Shown: positions 49,801 to 59,434, numbered from the stretch's first letter. The stretch: DNA of 64,000 bases from Candidatus Hydrogenedentota bacterium (GCA_034669905.1 JAXMOL010000010.1:64001-128000), one strand, 5' to 3'. Notes: generated by a model from the letters alone, not told the origin. A program made the numbers and translations.

Positions 49801-50005
49801 AATCCTTGAGCGAAAGCACCGGCGCGCCCCACGCACCGGGACAGCCCTCGGCCGAAAAAAACTGTTCTCGTCGTCGTTTTGCCTGCCGCACCGAAGGCAC
49901 CAGCAACAGGGCCGACCCCGCCGATTCCCGCAGCCGCTGGTCAATACGACCCGCCCGCGCACTGCCGTTGGGACCACACAAAACGGTGATAGATTTTCGC
50001 GCCAT
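46847..50005 (-). CDS. addB: AddB-type PD-(D/E)xK nuclease with Fe-S staple cysteines
   Basis: Degenerate Walker A, LDGF, SCPF, GRIDRID, DYKSG, CFGC..C; ATGA overlap with addA. Confidence 0.85.
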   Translation of the reverse strand: MARKSITVLCGPNGSARAGRIDQRLRESAGSALLLVPSVRQAKRRREQFFSAEGCPGAWGAPVLSLKDFAQDLVSREGVVVTNFESGFQQRLLMEHCLREVAVELPETSLVRIRQTPGLIRHLVSVVNDLKQAAIEPDVFATRLEQAEYTASLDEGVAAVYALYQEAMQEAGLYDVPGLYWHADYFAGQGCPKVLEGIDTLLLDGFDDFTPSEFRLLHSLSDQVERMEIGLNVELAPDRQDRYTLTLHTLRQLQEHFDCQVVECEAPAMASWSDFAAQRIFWREEPVVPENLRANLTIVPCSDGVHEVESIARRVKKRIVDEGVSPTDIAVVYWNMTRVADTLRSVFSSFGIPCQLATQRTLSESRLGRTLLNLFSTTDWEREGILEPLQGPYLASVIGPVPEAAAYYAQRAQILKGYKDWAYRLERLKKQVERGEREDARALLKRHPEAVAELDGLLSAIAALSAIQQELPEEATQYDYAVKLDGLLKKLAPAERNAYLEEEDPPAREGIRSLLELLADAPGSDVVAMGRDEFLTRFNQGLDELSFSLPGAAGGVACLDASQVRNERFAHVYVGGLNEGQAPAPPAGNAVYPERDRERLNEAHIPIESNQEHHARQRMLFGHVLESADESLFLSWQLVQDSGREASPSPFLTDVRELFPPSLGVVEPYPKADSFLPEPDVLACQRDVMNRALYSAPELVEAFSELCAPGVVGASVESSRQSDEPFGPFDGVLTDPDLVESIASAYGESHEFSVNQLETWLSCPFNFYVNRVLHLEEGGAPDSTVGALIRGSLLHDVLEAFHQQFAGLHIRDIGLGKADESMAELVEAAFDAYDWNECAAPRGAVLAEKLHLLRRLQRYLRVEHTQEEEQPWKPTWFEVAFGRSASAEGDAPSTVAPFVMTGSAGPVRFTGRIDRIDRDGDRVRLIDYKSGSVPAAGEITGGQSIQLSVYAEAVERHVLPDTECVEARYLAVGKRERREALGLAGKGKWPDRVGNMHEAIARAVAGIRRGYFPPERGGKTCFGCGQVRACRHEDARIARKLGLPETDGEEGA

Positions 50006-50328
50006 GATTTCTCCCTGCCGTCACGATTGGAATGGACGCTATGGTACGCGGGAGCGCGCGGGTGACTCAACAGCAATCCCAAAGAATTCTTTTTTGTGGA
50101 CAATGCGTATCGGGTAGACATCCAGGACGGACTCGTGACGTTTTGGACGGAGCGGGGGAAGAAGACCTACATCCTGAAACACGGGCCTCCAGCGTGATGC
50201 GTTTCGCCCCACATGGGAGGCACTTTGCCAAAATCTCCGGAAAATGGTAGGTTTATACTGCGAAGAAGGGGTGATTCAGTAGTGAGTCAGGCGCGGTATT
50301 ACCACCGCATGACTGAGGAATTGCCAGA

Positions 50329-52317
50329 ATGATTGACTTCTCATGCCAACACTGTGGGGCAGCGTTGCGAATGGACGATGGGTTTGCGGGCCGCGATGGG
50401 TGGTGCCGCGAATGCAAGCGAATGGTCATTGTACCGTCCGGCGGGACGATGATAAAGATTGAGGACCTGGCGCCCGGGGAAGCGATTTCCCGGCTGCAGC
50501 AGCTATTAAGCTATGCGGCGAGAAAGGCAGACCTATACAAACAATATCTTGCCGAGGAGCCGCAGCGAGAACAAGTTCGGGAAGGGCTCGAGACGACCGC
50601 CCGAACCTTGCAGACAACCCTCGACGAGCAGAGACAGCGCGTTGCGGAACTGGAATCTACGCTGGCCTCCCTACGGAGCGCACTTGAGGAAAAAGAAAGC
50701 CAACTCGAGGCCCTGACCGCAAGTCACGATGCCAAGCATTCCGAGGAGGTAGCGCAAGCGCGCCAGAAAGCTGCCGAATTGGAAGGGTTGCTGGACGCGG
50801 AGCGACAGCGTGGCACGGAGCTGGAAACAACGCTGGCGTCCCTGCGCACTTCGCTCGCGGAACAGGAAGCCAGCCTGGAAGCCCTGGCCGCAGGTCAGGA
50901 AACCGCGGATGCGGAGGCAATTTCGGAAGCGCGCCAGCGGGTGATCGCGTTGGAGGAAGCGCTTGCTGCGGAGCAACAACGGGTCGCTGCCCTGGAGGAA
51001 GGGGCTGAACAGCACGCCGCCGAACTTGAGACGCTTCGCACGACACTGGAACGGCATCGGGAGGCGGAAACCGAAGCAAGCACCCGTGCCGACGAACTTT
51101 CGGAAACGCTCGCGTCCATCCAAGAACAGCATCAAGAAAATATTACCCGGCTCGAAGCCGATCGCGACCAACTTCAGGCGGACCTTGCCTCCGCACGGGC
51201 AGCGCGCGAAGACGTCCAAGCGGAACTGACGGCCGCCCGGGAACGGCTCGACGAACTCGAAGTGACGTGCGACGTACTGCGGGAGGACACGACGGCGGCC
51301 CGGGGCGAAGTGGAACATTTCGAGACCGAATTGAAATCGGTGCAACGCCGCCTGGAGGAAACCGTGGCCGCGCGGGACAGCCTTCAGCGACGTCTCGACG
51401 AGGCCCCCCGGGAAAGCCCGGTCCCTCTTACCACCACCTCAGACGAAGCGGTGAACTCCGAAGCGGCTGAAGCGCCGGAAAACCAGGACACCGCGATTGA
51501 TTTGACGCAACTCTATCGAGAAGCCGATTTGGAAAATAGCGCAGACGCCCAATATCGCTTGGGCCTTCACTACACCCAGGGCCCTGAATTCAATCGCGAT
51601 TTCGACGAGGCACTGCGCTGGATGACACGGGCCGCAGAGCAGGGACACGCGAAAGCCCAGTCCCATCTTGGCCGCATGTACGCGGAAGGATGCGGCGCTG
51701 AAAAAGACCTGGCGGCCAGTCTTCTCTGGTACCAGAAGGCCGCCGATCAGGGGGAGCCCGACGCCGCATACGCGCTCGGCGTGATGTGCCTGGAAGGGGC
51801 GGGGGCCGAACAGGACGAGACCGCCGCCGTAAATTGGTTTCGCCGTGCGGCGGAGCAGGCAGACCCCGGCGCACTGTTTCAGCTGGCCCAGTTGCTTGCA
51901 GATGAACAGCGCACCTGTGCTGATTCGGATGAAGCCACCCGTTACCTGGAGCGCGCGGCGACCGCTGGACACGTTGAAGCGCAGTATGAATTGGGCAAAC
52001 TGCTGCTGCTTGGAAACAAGGTGGCGCAGGATGACCGGAAAGCAGCGGATTTGTTCAGTCGCGCTGCGGACCAAGGGCATGCCGATGCCCAGACTGCCTT
52101 CGGGAGATGCCTGGAATATGGCCGGGGCATCGTTCAGCAGAATGCCCGGGCCTACGCCTGGTATAGCCTGGCCGCTCTTCAGTCGGAAGAGGCCCGCTCC
52201 GCCCGTGATAAAATCGCCCATTTGATGACGGCGGATGAGGTGGCAGCAGGGCAGCGCCTTGGCAAAACGCTGAAGGAACGCCTCGGCACAGTCAGGGAAA
52301 CCGTGGCTTCGCCGTAG
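50329..52317 (+). CDS. Zinc ribbon / coiled coil / SEL1-repeat protein
   Basis: CQHC and CREC; long heptad region; about five SEL1 repeats (AAEQGHAKAQ, AADQG). Confidence 0.85.
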   Translation: MIDFSCQHCGAALRMDDGFAGRDGWCRECKRMVIVPSGGTMIKIEDLAPGEAISRLQQLLSYAARKADLYKQYLAEEPQREQVREGLETTARTLQTTLDEQRQRVAELESTLASLRSALEEKESQLEALTASHDAKHSEEVAQARQKAAELEGLLDAERQRGTELETTLASLRTSLAEQEASLEALAAGQETADAEAISEARQRVIALEEALAAEQQRVAALEEGAEQHAAELETLRTTLERHREAETEASTRADELSETLASIQEQHQENITRLEADRDQLQADLASARAAREDVQAELTAARERLDELEVTCDVLREDTTAARGEVEHFETELKSVQRRLEETVAARDSLQRRLDEAPRESPVPLTTTSDEAVNSEAAEAPENQDTAIDLTQLYREADLENSADAQYRLGLHYTQGPEFNRDFDEALRWMTRAAEQGHAKAQSHLGRMYAEGCGAEKDLAASLLWYQKAADQGEPDAAYALGVMCLEGAGAEQDETAAVNWFRRAAEQADPGALFQLAQLLADEQRTCADSDEATRYLERAATAGHVEAQYELGKLLLLGNKVAQDDRKAADLFSRAADQGHADAQTAFGRCLEYGRGIVQQNARAYAWYSLAALQSEEARSARDKIAHLMTADEVAAGQRLGKTLKERLGTVRETVASP

Positions 52318-52453
52318 ACACTGTTTTGGGGCAGGGCACTTGCCCTTGGCCACAACTAACCCTGCCCCGTTTCATCGAAGACATCGTAGAATCATCCCGC
52401 CAAACCAGGACGCACAACACCATTTCACGGCCACATCCCCCCACACGGATACG

Positions 52454-52563
52454 GTCCACTTCGTCCACACGGTCCACCAAGTCCACTGCTCCTGGGGCAA
52501 AAACCTGCCACCGGGAGATCCACGGTCTCTGCTCTTTTGTGCCCTCTGCGTTCTCTGTGGTTA
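52454..52563. repeat. 9-bp-period tandem arrays between convergent genes
   Basis: 4x GTCCACnnn at 52454-52489, then TTTGTGCCC/TCTGCGTTC/TCTGTGGTT. Confidence 0.7.
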
Positions 52564-52569
52564 CCCCCC

Positions 52570-54273
52570 CTACTCCACTTCGCCCTCATAGACCTGCTCG
52601 TCGGTCTTTATCTCGTAGCGATAGCCCTGCTCCGTCAAAAACAGCTGGCGCTTCACCGAGAAATCCTGGTCGCTGGTGTCCCGGGAGACCAGCGAATAAA
52701 ACCGGGCAATCACGTTCTCGTCACTCTTGGGACGCAGAATTCGGCCCAGTCGCTGGGCTTCTTCCTGGCGGCTGCCGAAGGTGCCGGACACCTGAATGGC
52801 GATGTTGGCGTCAGGCAGGTCGATGGCAAAGTTCGCCACTTTCGACACGATGAGCAGCTTAATCTCGCCCGTGCGGAAAGCCTTGTAGAGTTTTTCCCGC
52901 TCGCCGTTGGGCGTGCGGCCCGTGATGATGGGGGCTTCGAACTTCTTGGACAAATCCTTGAGCTGGTCGAGGTATTGACCGATGATAAGCACGTTGTCGT
53001 CTTTGTGGTGCTCGACGAGGTGCTTGCACATGTCGATTTTCGCGGGGTTACACGACGCAATGCGGAACTTGGTCCGCTTGTTGGCGATGGCGTAGTTGTA
53101 GCGTTCGCTCTCGGGAAGGCGCATGCGAATCTCGGAGCAGATGGCCGTGGCAATCCAGCCCTGCTTTTCCAGGACTTTCCAGGGCACGTCATATTTTTTG
53201 GGACCGATAAGGCTGAATACATCATCTTCCCGGCCATCTTCCCGAACGAGGGTGGCCGTCAACCCCAGGCGACGACGGGCCTGCAGGGACGCGGTGGCGC
53301 GAAAGACGGGCGCGGGCAGCAGGTGCACTTCATCGTAGATAATCAGGCCCCACTGGCCCTCTTCAAAGAGGCCGAAGTGCATGAAGGGGCCATCCTTCGT
53401 CTTGCGATAGGTTAACACCTGATAGGTCGCCAGGGTCACCGGCTTGATGATCTTGTTCTCACCGCTGTATTCGCCCAACTCCTCTTCCGTCAGGTGGGTC
53501 TTGTCGAGGATTTCGTTTTTCCACTGGCGCAGCGCCACCGTGTTGGTGGTCAAAATCAGGGTGTGGGTCTTCACCGTCGCCAGCGCGCCAATGGCCACCA
53601 CCGTCTTCCCCGCGCCGCAGGGCAAGACCACCACGCCGCTGCCCCCACGATTGGTACCGCCCGCATGGAAGGCATCCACCGACTCCTGTTGATACTTACG
53701 GAGTCCAAACTCCCGCCCCGAGATACATTGGTCACGGAGCTCCACCTTCAGCGGCGTACCTTCCGTGTAACCCGCGAGATCTTCCACGGGGAAGCCCAGC
53801 TTAATCAACGCGCACTTCACATTCCCCCGATCGCCGGGTTTCACAAAGATGCGCTTCATATCAGGGGAGCCGGTGACGTAAGGCTGGACCGACTTCTGAT
53901 TGAGGATTTCCATGATGAGCATGGCGTCATCGGACTCAATCACGAGTTGATCCGTGTCCGGCTGCTTATAGAGTTTCAGGCGGCCGTAGCGGCCAATCTG
54001 CTCCTCCACTTCCGCGGTGATGTTCTGGGGAATCTCATACTTGCTGTAGGTGGCCAGGTCCGTCAAGATTTCGTCGGCCGTCATGCCCGACGCCGCCGCA
54101 TTCCATAACGAAAGGGGCGTAAGCTGATAGGTGTGGATGTGCTCGGGCGATTTCACCAGCTCGGCGAAGGAAGCCAGGGCATCACGGGCGTCAGGAAAAG
54201 CCGGGCCGTCCGTTTCGAGCAAGATGGACCGGTCCGATTGAACAATCACGGGTTTGTCGTTTGTCATAGCCAT
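52570..54273 (-). CDS. Bacterial XPB/Ssl2-family DNA helicase
   Basis: SPEHIHTY, LSLWNA, LPCGAGKT, DEVH, GLTATLVREDG, QRLGRILR. Confidence 0.93.
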   Translation of the reverse strand: MAMTNDKPVIVQSDRSILLETDGPAFPDARDALASFAELVKSPEHIHTYQLTPLSLWNAAASGMTADEILTDLATYSKYEIPQNITAEVEEQIGRYGRLKLYKQPDTDQLVIESDDAMLIMEILNQKSVQPYVTGSPDMKRIFVKPGDRGNVKCALIKLGFPVEDLAGYTEGTPLKVELRDQCISGREFGLRKYQQESVDAFHAGGTNRGGSGVVVLPCGAGKTVVAIGALATVKTHTLILTTNTVALRQWKNEILDKTHLTEEELGEYSGENKIIKPVTLATYQVLTYRKTKDGPFMHFGLFEEGQWGLIIYDEVHLLPAPVFRATASLQARRRLGLTATLVREDGREDDVFSLIGPKKYDVPWKVLEKQGWIATAICSEIRMRLPESERYNYAIANKRTKFRIASCNPAKIDMCKHLVEHHKDDNVLIIGQYLDQLKDLSKKFEAPIITGRTPNGEREKLYKAFRTGEIKLLIVSKVANFAIDLPDANIAIQVSGTFGSRQEEAQRLGRILRPKSDENVIARFYSLVSRDTSDQDFSVKRQLFLTEQGYRYEIKTDEQVYEGEVE

Positions 54274-54614
54274 AACGACGAAGTCTACCAGAAATCGGGG
54301 CCCGTTGCATCCCGTAGTTGCCCTGCCACCCGCTGAAGCACCGAGACATTGGGTCGGAAACGCCCAAGCGGGTGCGCTCGAATCAGCCGCCTCCTGAATG
54401 TATGCGTTGACGGAACGTTGGCCATTGCTTGCTATCGGTACGCAAACGCTCTAGTATGACCGGTACGGCCCCGACCGTCTGGGATTTTCCGGAGATCGTG
54501 CGAAATACATGGCCTTATCCCGCTCTCAAGTATCCGGACAGAATCCGGTACCGAGGGGATTGGGAAGGGGCATCCCCGCACGAATGACCGAATTTTCGTC
54601 CTTTTCTCAGCCCG

Positions 54615-54644
54615 TTGACGCCTGCGTTGTGTGAGACGTAGAAT
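54615..54644 (+). promoter_or_regulatory. Sigma70-type promoter of the nfeD-floA operon
   Basis: TTGACG-N18-TAGAAT. Confidence 0.5.
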
Positions 54645-54766
54645 AAATTGATCGTGTAGGGTGTATAGAGAGCATAGCATGTTGGCCCTGCGACGGCATT
54701 CCCGCCGTTGGAACCCGTGCCATCAAGCAGAATAACGCCCGTCGAATGGATAGAGGAATCCTGATT

Positions 54767-56491
54767 ATGAAGTGGATGTTGGGTATTATCTGGGTGCTTC
54801 TATTGGCGATATCGCCCGTCCAGGCGCAGGAAACGAGTGAAGCCACCGAAGATTCGCCGGAGACTCCGGTCACGGTCGACGCAGTGGCCACTACGGATGC
54901 CACCGCTTCGGAAGGAAATTCCGACTCGGAACCCTTCGTCGTCATTTGCCCCATTGAAGGCGAGATCGACGAAGGCATCGCCGTCGTGGTGGAACGGGCT
55001 GCCCGCGAAGCCGAAGGAGCCGAAGCCCTCCTCTTTGTAATCAACACCCCCGGTGGACGGGTGGACTCGGCCATCGAGATTACCTCCGCCATCATGAGCG
55101 TGGAATGCCCCACCATCGCCTACATCGAAGGCATGGGGGCCATTTCGGCCGGCGCCATCATCAGCTATTCGTGCGACTTTATCTACATGGCCGAGGGCAC
55201 CAACATCGGTGCCTCCACCCCCATCATGCCCGGCGTGGAAACGACCGAGGCGATGGACGAGAAATCCAACTCCTTTGTCCGGGCCAAATACCGCGCCCTG
55301 GGCGAGGCCAATGGTCACGATCCCCTGTTGGGCGAGGCCATGGTCGACCGTAACATGGAAGTCCGGGGCTATCGCAATCCCGATGGCACCTACCACATCT
55401 TCAAAGTCGAAGACTCGGTCTCCCGTGACGGCGGCTCGAAAAAATCCAAGTCCGGCGACGTCCTCGACAAGATCCTCGACGCCGTCTCGGAAGACAGCGG
55501 CGATGGCAGCAACGACGACGTTACCGAGGTGCTCAAGAAAATCCTGGGTGCCGCTGCGGGCGTGGAAGAGTTCAGCTCCGATGATGGTGCCGCCATGGAA
55601 GACGACGAGTACAACTTCATCGTCGAAAACACCGAGCTCATCAGTGCCCGGGGCGAATTGTTGACCATGACCTCCAAAGAGGCGGCCCATTTCGGCCTGG
55701 CAGCAGCCATGACCACCGACGTGGACGACACCCTCCGCGAATTCCTCCTGGGCAGCGTCAACCGTAAGACCATCACCCCCACCTGGGAAGAAGCCCTCTT
55801 CGCCCTGCTGACGAGCCCCACGATTGCGGGCCTCCTCCTCATGGCCGGCCTGGGCGGCATCTATGTGGAAGTGCGTACTCCCGGCTTTGGTGCCCCCGGC
55901 ATTATCGGCACCGTGTGCCTGGCCCTGTTCTTCGGCTCCCACATGGTCATCGGAATGACGGACTGGGTAGACATTGCCCTCATCATCGCAGGCTTCCTGT
56001 TGATTCTCGCGGAAGTGTTTCTATTACCCGGCTTCGGCCTCGCCGGCATCCTGGGCTTTGTCTGCCTCATGGGTGGGGCCTACCTGGCCCTCGTCCAGGC
56101 ACCGATTCCAGACTTCTCCTGGGATGTAGCCCGCACGCAAGAGGCCTTTTACACCCTCTCCGTCGGCTTTTTTGCCTTCATTGCCTTCGTGGTGATTTCG
56201 GGCTTTGTACTACCCTACAGCCCCCTCGGAAGCGCCCTGATTATGAGTACCGTACTGGACAATGAGTCGGGCTATACTTCCCAGACCTCTGAAGAAGCCC
56301 AGTCGGCACTCGGGCTGAAAGGCATCGCCGCATCGGCCCTGCGCCCCGCCGGTAAAGGGCGTTTCGGAAACAAAAAATACGACGTGGTTACCCGAGGCGA
56401 GTTCCTGGACAAGGATACGCCCATCGAGATTATCCAGTCCGATGGCAACCGCTATGTCGTCACCGAGCGGGAAGACTCCGCCGACGCCTGA
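54767..56491 (+). CDS. Long NfeD / YqeZ-like membrane serine protease
   Basis: Signal peptide; INTPGG, AISAGA, EK, TM bundle, C-terminal LRPAG OB-fold. Confidence 0.9.
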   Translation: MKWMLGIIWVLLLAISPVQAQETSEATEDSPETPVTVDAVATTDATASEGNSDSEPFVVICPIEGEIDEGIAVVVERAAREAEGAEALLFVINTPGGRVDSAIEITSAIMSVECPTIAYIEGMGAISAGAIISYSCDFIYMAEGTNIGASTPIMPGVETTEAMDEKSNSFVRAKYRALGEANGHDPLLGEAMVDRNMEVRGYRNPDGTYHIFKVEDSVSRDGGSKKSKSGDVLDKILDAVSEDSGDGSNDDVTEVLKKILGAAAGVEEFSSDDGAAMEDDEYNFIVENTELISARGELLTMTSKEAAHFGLAAAMTTDVDDTLREFLLGSVNRKTITPTWEEALFALLTSPTIAGLLLMAGLGGIYVEVRTPGFGAPGIIGTVCLALFFGSHMVIGMTDWVDIALIIAGFLLILAEVFLLPGFGLAGILGFVCLMGGAYLALVQAPIPDFSWDVARTQEAFYTLSVGFFAFIAFVVISGFVLPYSPLGSALIMSTVLDNESGYTSQTSEEAQSALGLKGIAASALRPAGKGRFGNKKYDVVTRGEFLDKDTPIEIIQSDGNRYVVTEREDSADA

Positions 56492-56528
56492 TAGGCATCA
56501 GTGGCCCCCATAAACGAAGGAGTTTACT

Positions 56529-56837
56529 ATGCGCGAGGCGCTCATGAGCATGTTGCACCAATTGCTGAAGGAGATGGACTACGTCCAGTCTCAAGGGGCG
56601 GGTTACTATACCTGTGCGCCTTTTGCCCAGCGCTTCAACAAACTCACCGTCCAGGCCGCCCGAATGCTGGGTGAAGACAACGCCCTCGTGCAGAGTTTCG
56701 AGCCCATCGACGAAAGCGACCCGAAAGACCCTGCGGACAAGAGCAAGCGCTTGCTCGGGATTCGCATTGAAATTGGACAGCTGATCGCGCTGCTGGAAGC
56801 CACGGCGCCACGTAACCCGGAGTCTGACAACGCATGA
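56529..56837 (+). CDS. Hypothetical helical protein in the nfeD-floA operon
   Basis: AAGGAG RBS; ATGA coupling to the next gene. Confidence 0.7.
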   Translation: MREALMSMLHQLLKEMDYVQSQGAGYYTCAPFAQRFNKLTVQAARMLGEDNALVQSFEPIDESDPKDPADKSKRLLGIRIEIGQLIALLEATAPRNPESDNA

Positions 56838-57307
56838 TTTGGCCCCTCTTACTCTTTGTCCTGGGCGTCTCGCTGATCGTCCTGGAATTTGTTATCCCCG
56901 GTGCCGTTGCGGGCATCGCAGGTGTGGTGCTGCTCTTCGTATCCGCCGGTATTGGCATGGCCAACTATCCCGATGCCAAGCTCCTCATTATTATGGGGGA
57001 ATTTTTTGGCGCCGCCGTGGGCATCGGCCTGGGATTGATCTTGCTGTCGCGAACGAGCCGTACGACGGGACTCTCCCTGGAGACCAATCTTTCGGAGGCG
57101 GCCGGATATACCAATATGGCCTCCAACCAGGCCCTGGTCGGCAAGACGGGTACGGTCATGACGGCCCTCCGCCCATCCGGCACTATCATTATCGATGAGG
57201 AACGTCTCGACGCCGTTTCCGATGGCGATTTCATCGACGAAAATGAAAACGTCGTGGTATTAGAAGTACACGGCAACCGCGTGGTTGTCGAAAAATTGGA
57301 ATCATAG
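56834..57307 (+). CDS. Short NfeD-family protein
   Basis: Three TM segments, TALRPSG, DAVSDGDFI, GNRVVV. Confidence 0.88.
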   Translation: MIWPLLLFVLGVSLIVLEFVIPGAVAGIAGVVLLFVSAGIGMANYPDAKLLIIMGEFFGAAVGIGLGLILLSRTSRTTGLSLETNLSEAAGYTNMASNQALVGKTGTVMTALRPSGTIIIDEERLDAVSDGDFIDENENVVVLEVHGNRVVVEKLES

Positions 57308-57358
57308 GCCCCCGTGGCCGTTGGAAACATCACTCACAACTCTGAAAGGGTATAGACC

Positions 57359-58357
57359 GTGGCTGACAATGTAATGTGGATTTTCGCCGTCATCGGAGGG
57401 ATCATCGTACTGGTCCTCGGTGGCCTTATGCTGAGCTTTTTCTCGCTCTGGATTCAGGCCCTCGCATCGGGGGCCAAAGTCAGCCTGCCCAGCCTCATCT
57501 TCATGAAGCTGCGGAAGGTGCGCCCCCAGACCATCGTTCACAGCCGGATCAACGCGGTGAAGGCGGGGCTCAACCTGGGCGTCAATGAACTCGAAGCCCA
57601 CTACCTTGCCGGGGGCGACGTGCCCCGCGTGGTGGCCGCCCTGATCGCCGCAAGTAAGGCCAATATCGCCCTCACCTTTCAGCAAGCCACCGCCATCGAT
57701 CTGGCGGGCCGCGACGTGCTGGAAGCCGTAAAAACTTCCGTGCACCCCAAGGTCATCGATTGCCCCGACCCCAGCCGGGGCACGGACACGGTGGCGGCAG
57801 TCGCCATGGATGGTATCCAGCTCAAGGCCAAGGCCAAGGTAACGGTCCGTACCAACATCAATCGCCTGGTCGGTGGTGCTACGGAAGAGACCATCATCGC
57901 CCGTGTGGGGGAAGGTATCGTAACCACCATCGGTTCTTCCGAGACCCACAAGAAGGTCCTGGAAAACCCCGACATGATCTCCAAGGTCGTGCTCCAGCGC
58001 GGTCTGGATGCCGGTACGGCCTTCGAAATCCTCTCCATTGATATCGCGGATATTGACGTGGGTGAGAACATCGGTGCCCACCTGCAGATCAAGCAGGCCG
58101 AAGCCGACAAGCAGATCGCCCAGGCCCGGGCCGAAGAGCGGCGCGCCATGGCCAAGGCCCGCGAAGCCGAAATGCAGGCCCAGGTCATCGAGATGCAGGC
58201 CAAAGTCACCGAGGCCGAGGCCGAAGTGCCCCGCGCCATGGCCGATGCCTTCCGCAGCGGCAACATGGGCATCATGGACTACTACAAAATGAAAAACGTC
58301 ATGGCCGATACGGACATGCGTGAGTCCATCGCCAAAGAAGACGAAGACGAAAAGTAA
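57359..58357 (+). CDS. floA: Flotillin-like protein FloA (YqfA)
   Basis: [52 protein letters not shown]. Confidence 0.95.
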   Translation: MADNVMWIFAVIGGIIVLVLGGLMLSFFSLWIQALASGAKVSLPSLIFMKLRKVRPQTIVHSRINAVKAGLNLGVNELEAHYLAGGDVPRVVAALIAASKANIALTFQQATAIDLAGRDVLEAVKTSVHPKVIDCPDPSRGTDTVAAVAMDGIQLKAKAKVTVRTNINRLVGGATEETIIARVGEGIVTTIGSSETHKKVLENPDMISKVVLQRGLDAGTAFEILSIDIADIDVGENIGAHLQIKQAEADKQIAQARAEERRAMAKAREAEMQAQVIEMQAKVTEAEAEVPRAMADAFRSGNMGIMDYYKMKNVMADTDMRESIAKEDEDEK

Positions 58358-58370
58358 ATTGACGGGTGCC

Positions 58371-58402
58371 TGCCTTTCCGGGAATTGATTCCCGGAAAGG
58401 CA
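58371..58402. other. Perfect 15-bp inverted repeat after floA, without a U-tract
   Basis: TGCCTTTCCGGGAAT-TG-ATTCCCGGAAAGGCA. Confidence 0.7.
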
Positions 58403-58434
58403 CGGCCCTTTCCGGCAAACGACGGAGAGTGACC

Positions 58435-58539
58435 ATGGAACAATATCTCGGCGTTATCATTTTTTATGTCATCGTCGCTTCCGTGGTACTTATCGTACTC
58501 CGGAGAAAAATCCGCGCACGGGAGGATGATCGGGACTAA
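58435..58539 (+). CDS. 34-aa single-pass membrane protein (absent from the ORF track)
   Basis: GGAGAG RBS; MEQYLGVIIFYVIVASVVLIVLRRKIRAREDDRD, a TM helix followed by basic residues. Confidence 0.65.
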   Translation: MEQYLGVIIFYVIVASVVLIVLRRKIRAREDDRD

Positions 58540-58610
58540 GCCCCCGACCCGAAACGCACCGCGCGAAAAGCATACGAAACGAAATCTCAACCTGAACGAC
58601 AGGTGTGGTC

Positions 58611-59294
58611 ATGGAAGAACTTCTCGGATTAATCATATTTGGTGTCATCGCCGCGATCAGTGGCCTTGCCAAGCTGATGGAAAAGCGCAAGGAAGAGGCC
58701 CAGCGCAGTCAGCGTGGACCCCGCAAGAGCGTCGATGAACTTCCGGAAGCCACCCGCCGCATGCTTTACGGCGATGGTGCCCCGCCCGTCGCCCGTAAAC
58801 GGGGAGAAGGTCCCCCCACTGCAACCCCCCGTCAGGCCGCACCGGCTCCCCAGCGGCGCCCCGTGCCCACCCCGGCGCAACGGCAGTCCGCGCCGGCACG
58901 TCCCGTTAGCCCTCCCCGCCGTCAGGCACCGACACCACCGCCCGTGCCCCAACGTCGCCCCGTGCCCGCCCAACCGGTACAACAGCGCCAGCCAACACGG
59001 CCCCGCCCCGTCGCACAACCCCGTCGCTCGGCACCCCAACGTCCGGCCCACCAGACCCTGCGCGAAAACTGGCAACAGGCCCAACGGCCGACCCAACGTA
59101 CCCAACAGCCCGCAACCACCCGCGCCACGGAAACGCAACGGCCTTCCCAAGACCATGCCGGCCGCGAAAGCACCCGCCGTCGCACCAGTCGAAAGCGCCG
59201 CTCGTCGATCAAGGCCCTTCTTCACCACCCGGAAACGCTCAAAACGAGTATTATCCTCCACGAAGTGCTGAGCCAGCCCAAATCCATGCGCTGA
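58611..59294 (+). CDS. Membrane-anchored Pro/Arg/Gln-rich protein (YqfB-like position)
   Basis: N-terminal TM, low-complexity middle, C-terminal IILHEVLSQPKS. Confidence 0.7.
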   Translation: MEELLGLIIFGVIAAISGLAKLMEKRKEEAQRSQRGPRKSVDELPEATRRMLYGDGAPPVARKRGEGPPTATPRQAAPAPQRRPVPTPAQRQSAPARPVSPPRRQAPTPPPVPQRRPVPAQPVQQRQPTRPRPVAQPRRSAPQRPAHQTLRENWQQAQRPTQRTQQPATTRATETQRPSQDHAGRESTRRRTSRKRRSSIKALLHHPETLKTSIILHEVLSQPKSMR

Positions 59295-59434
59295 ACACGA
59301 CTTCCTGCCCCGATTTTCCAGACGGCCCCGTCGACTAACCCGAATTATGGGCACACGCAGCCCTTCCCCTACTACAAATCGTCCCATTATTAGACGATGC
59401 CGTAAATATGGGTTTGAAATTTCCAATAATCCTA

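Noticed and set aside
43500..54273. Anti-phage helicase/nuclease defence island
   Set aside because: The genes fit housekeeping AddAB and bacterial XPB, with no mobile or defence genes alongside and no visible compositional shift.
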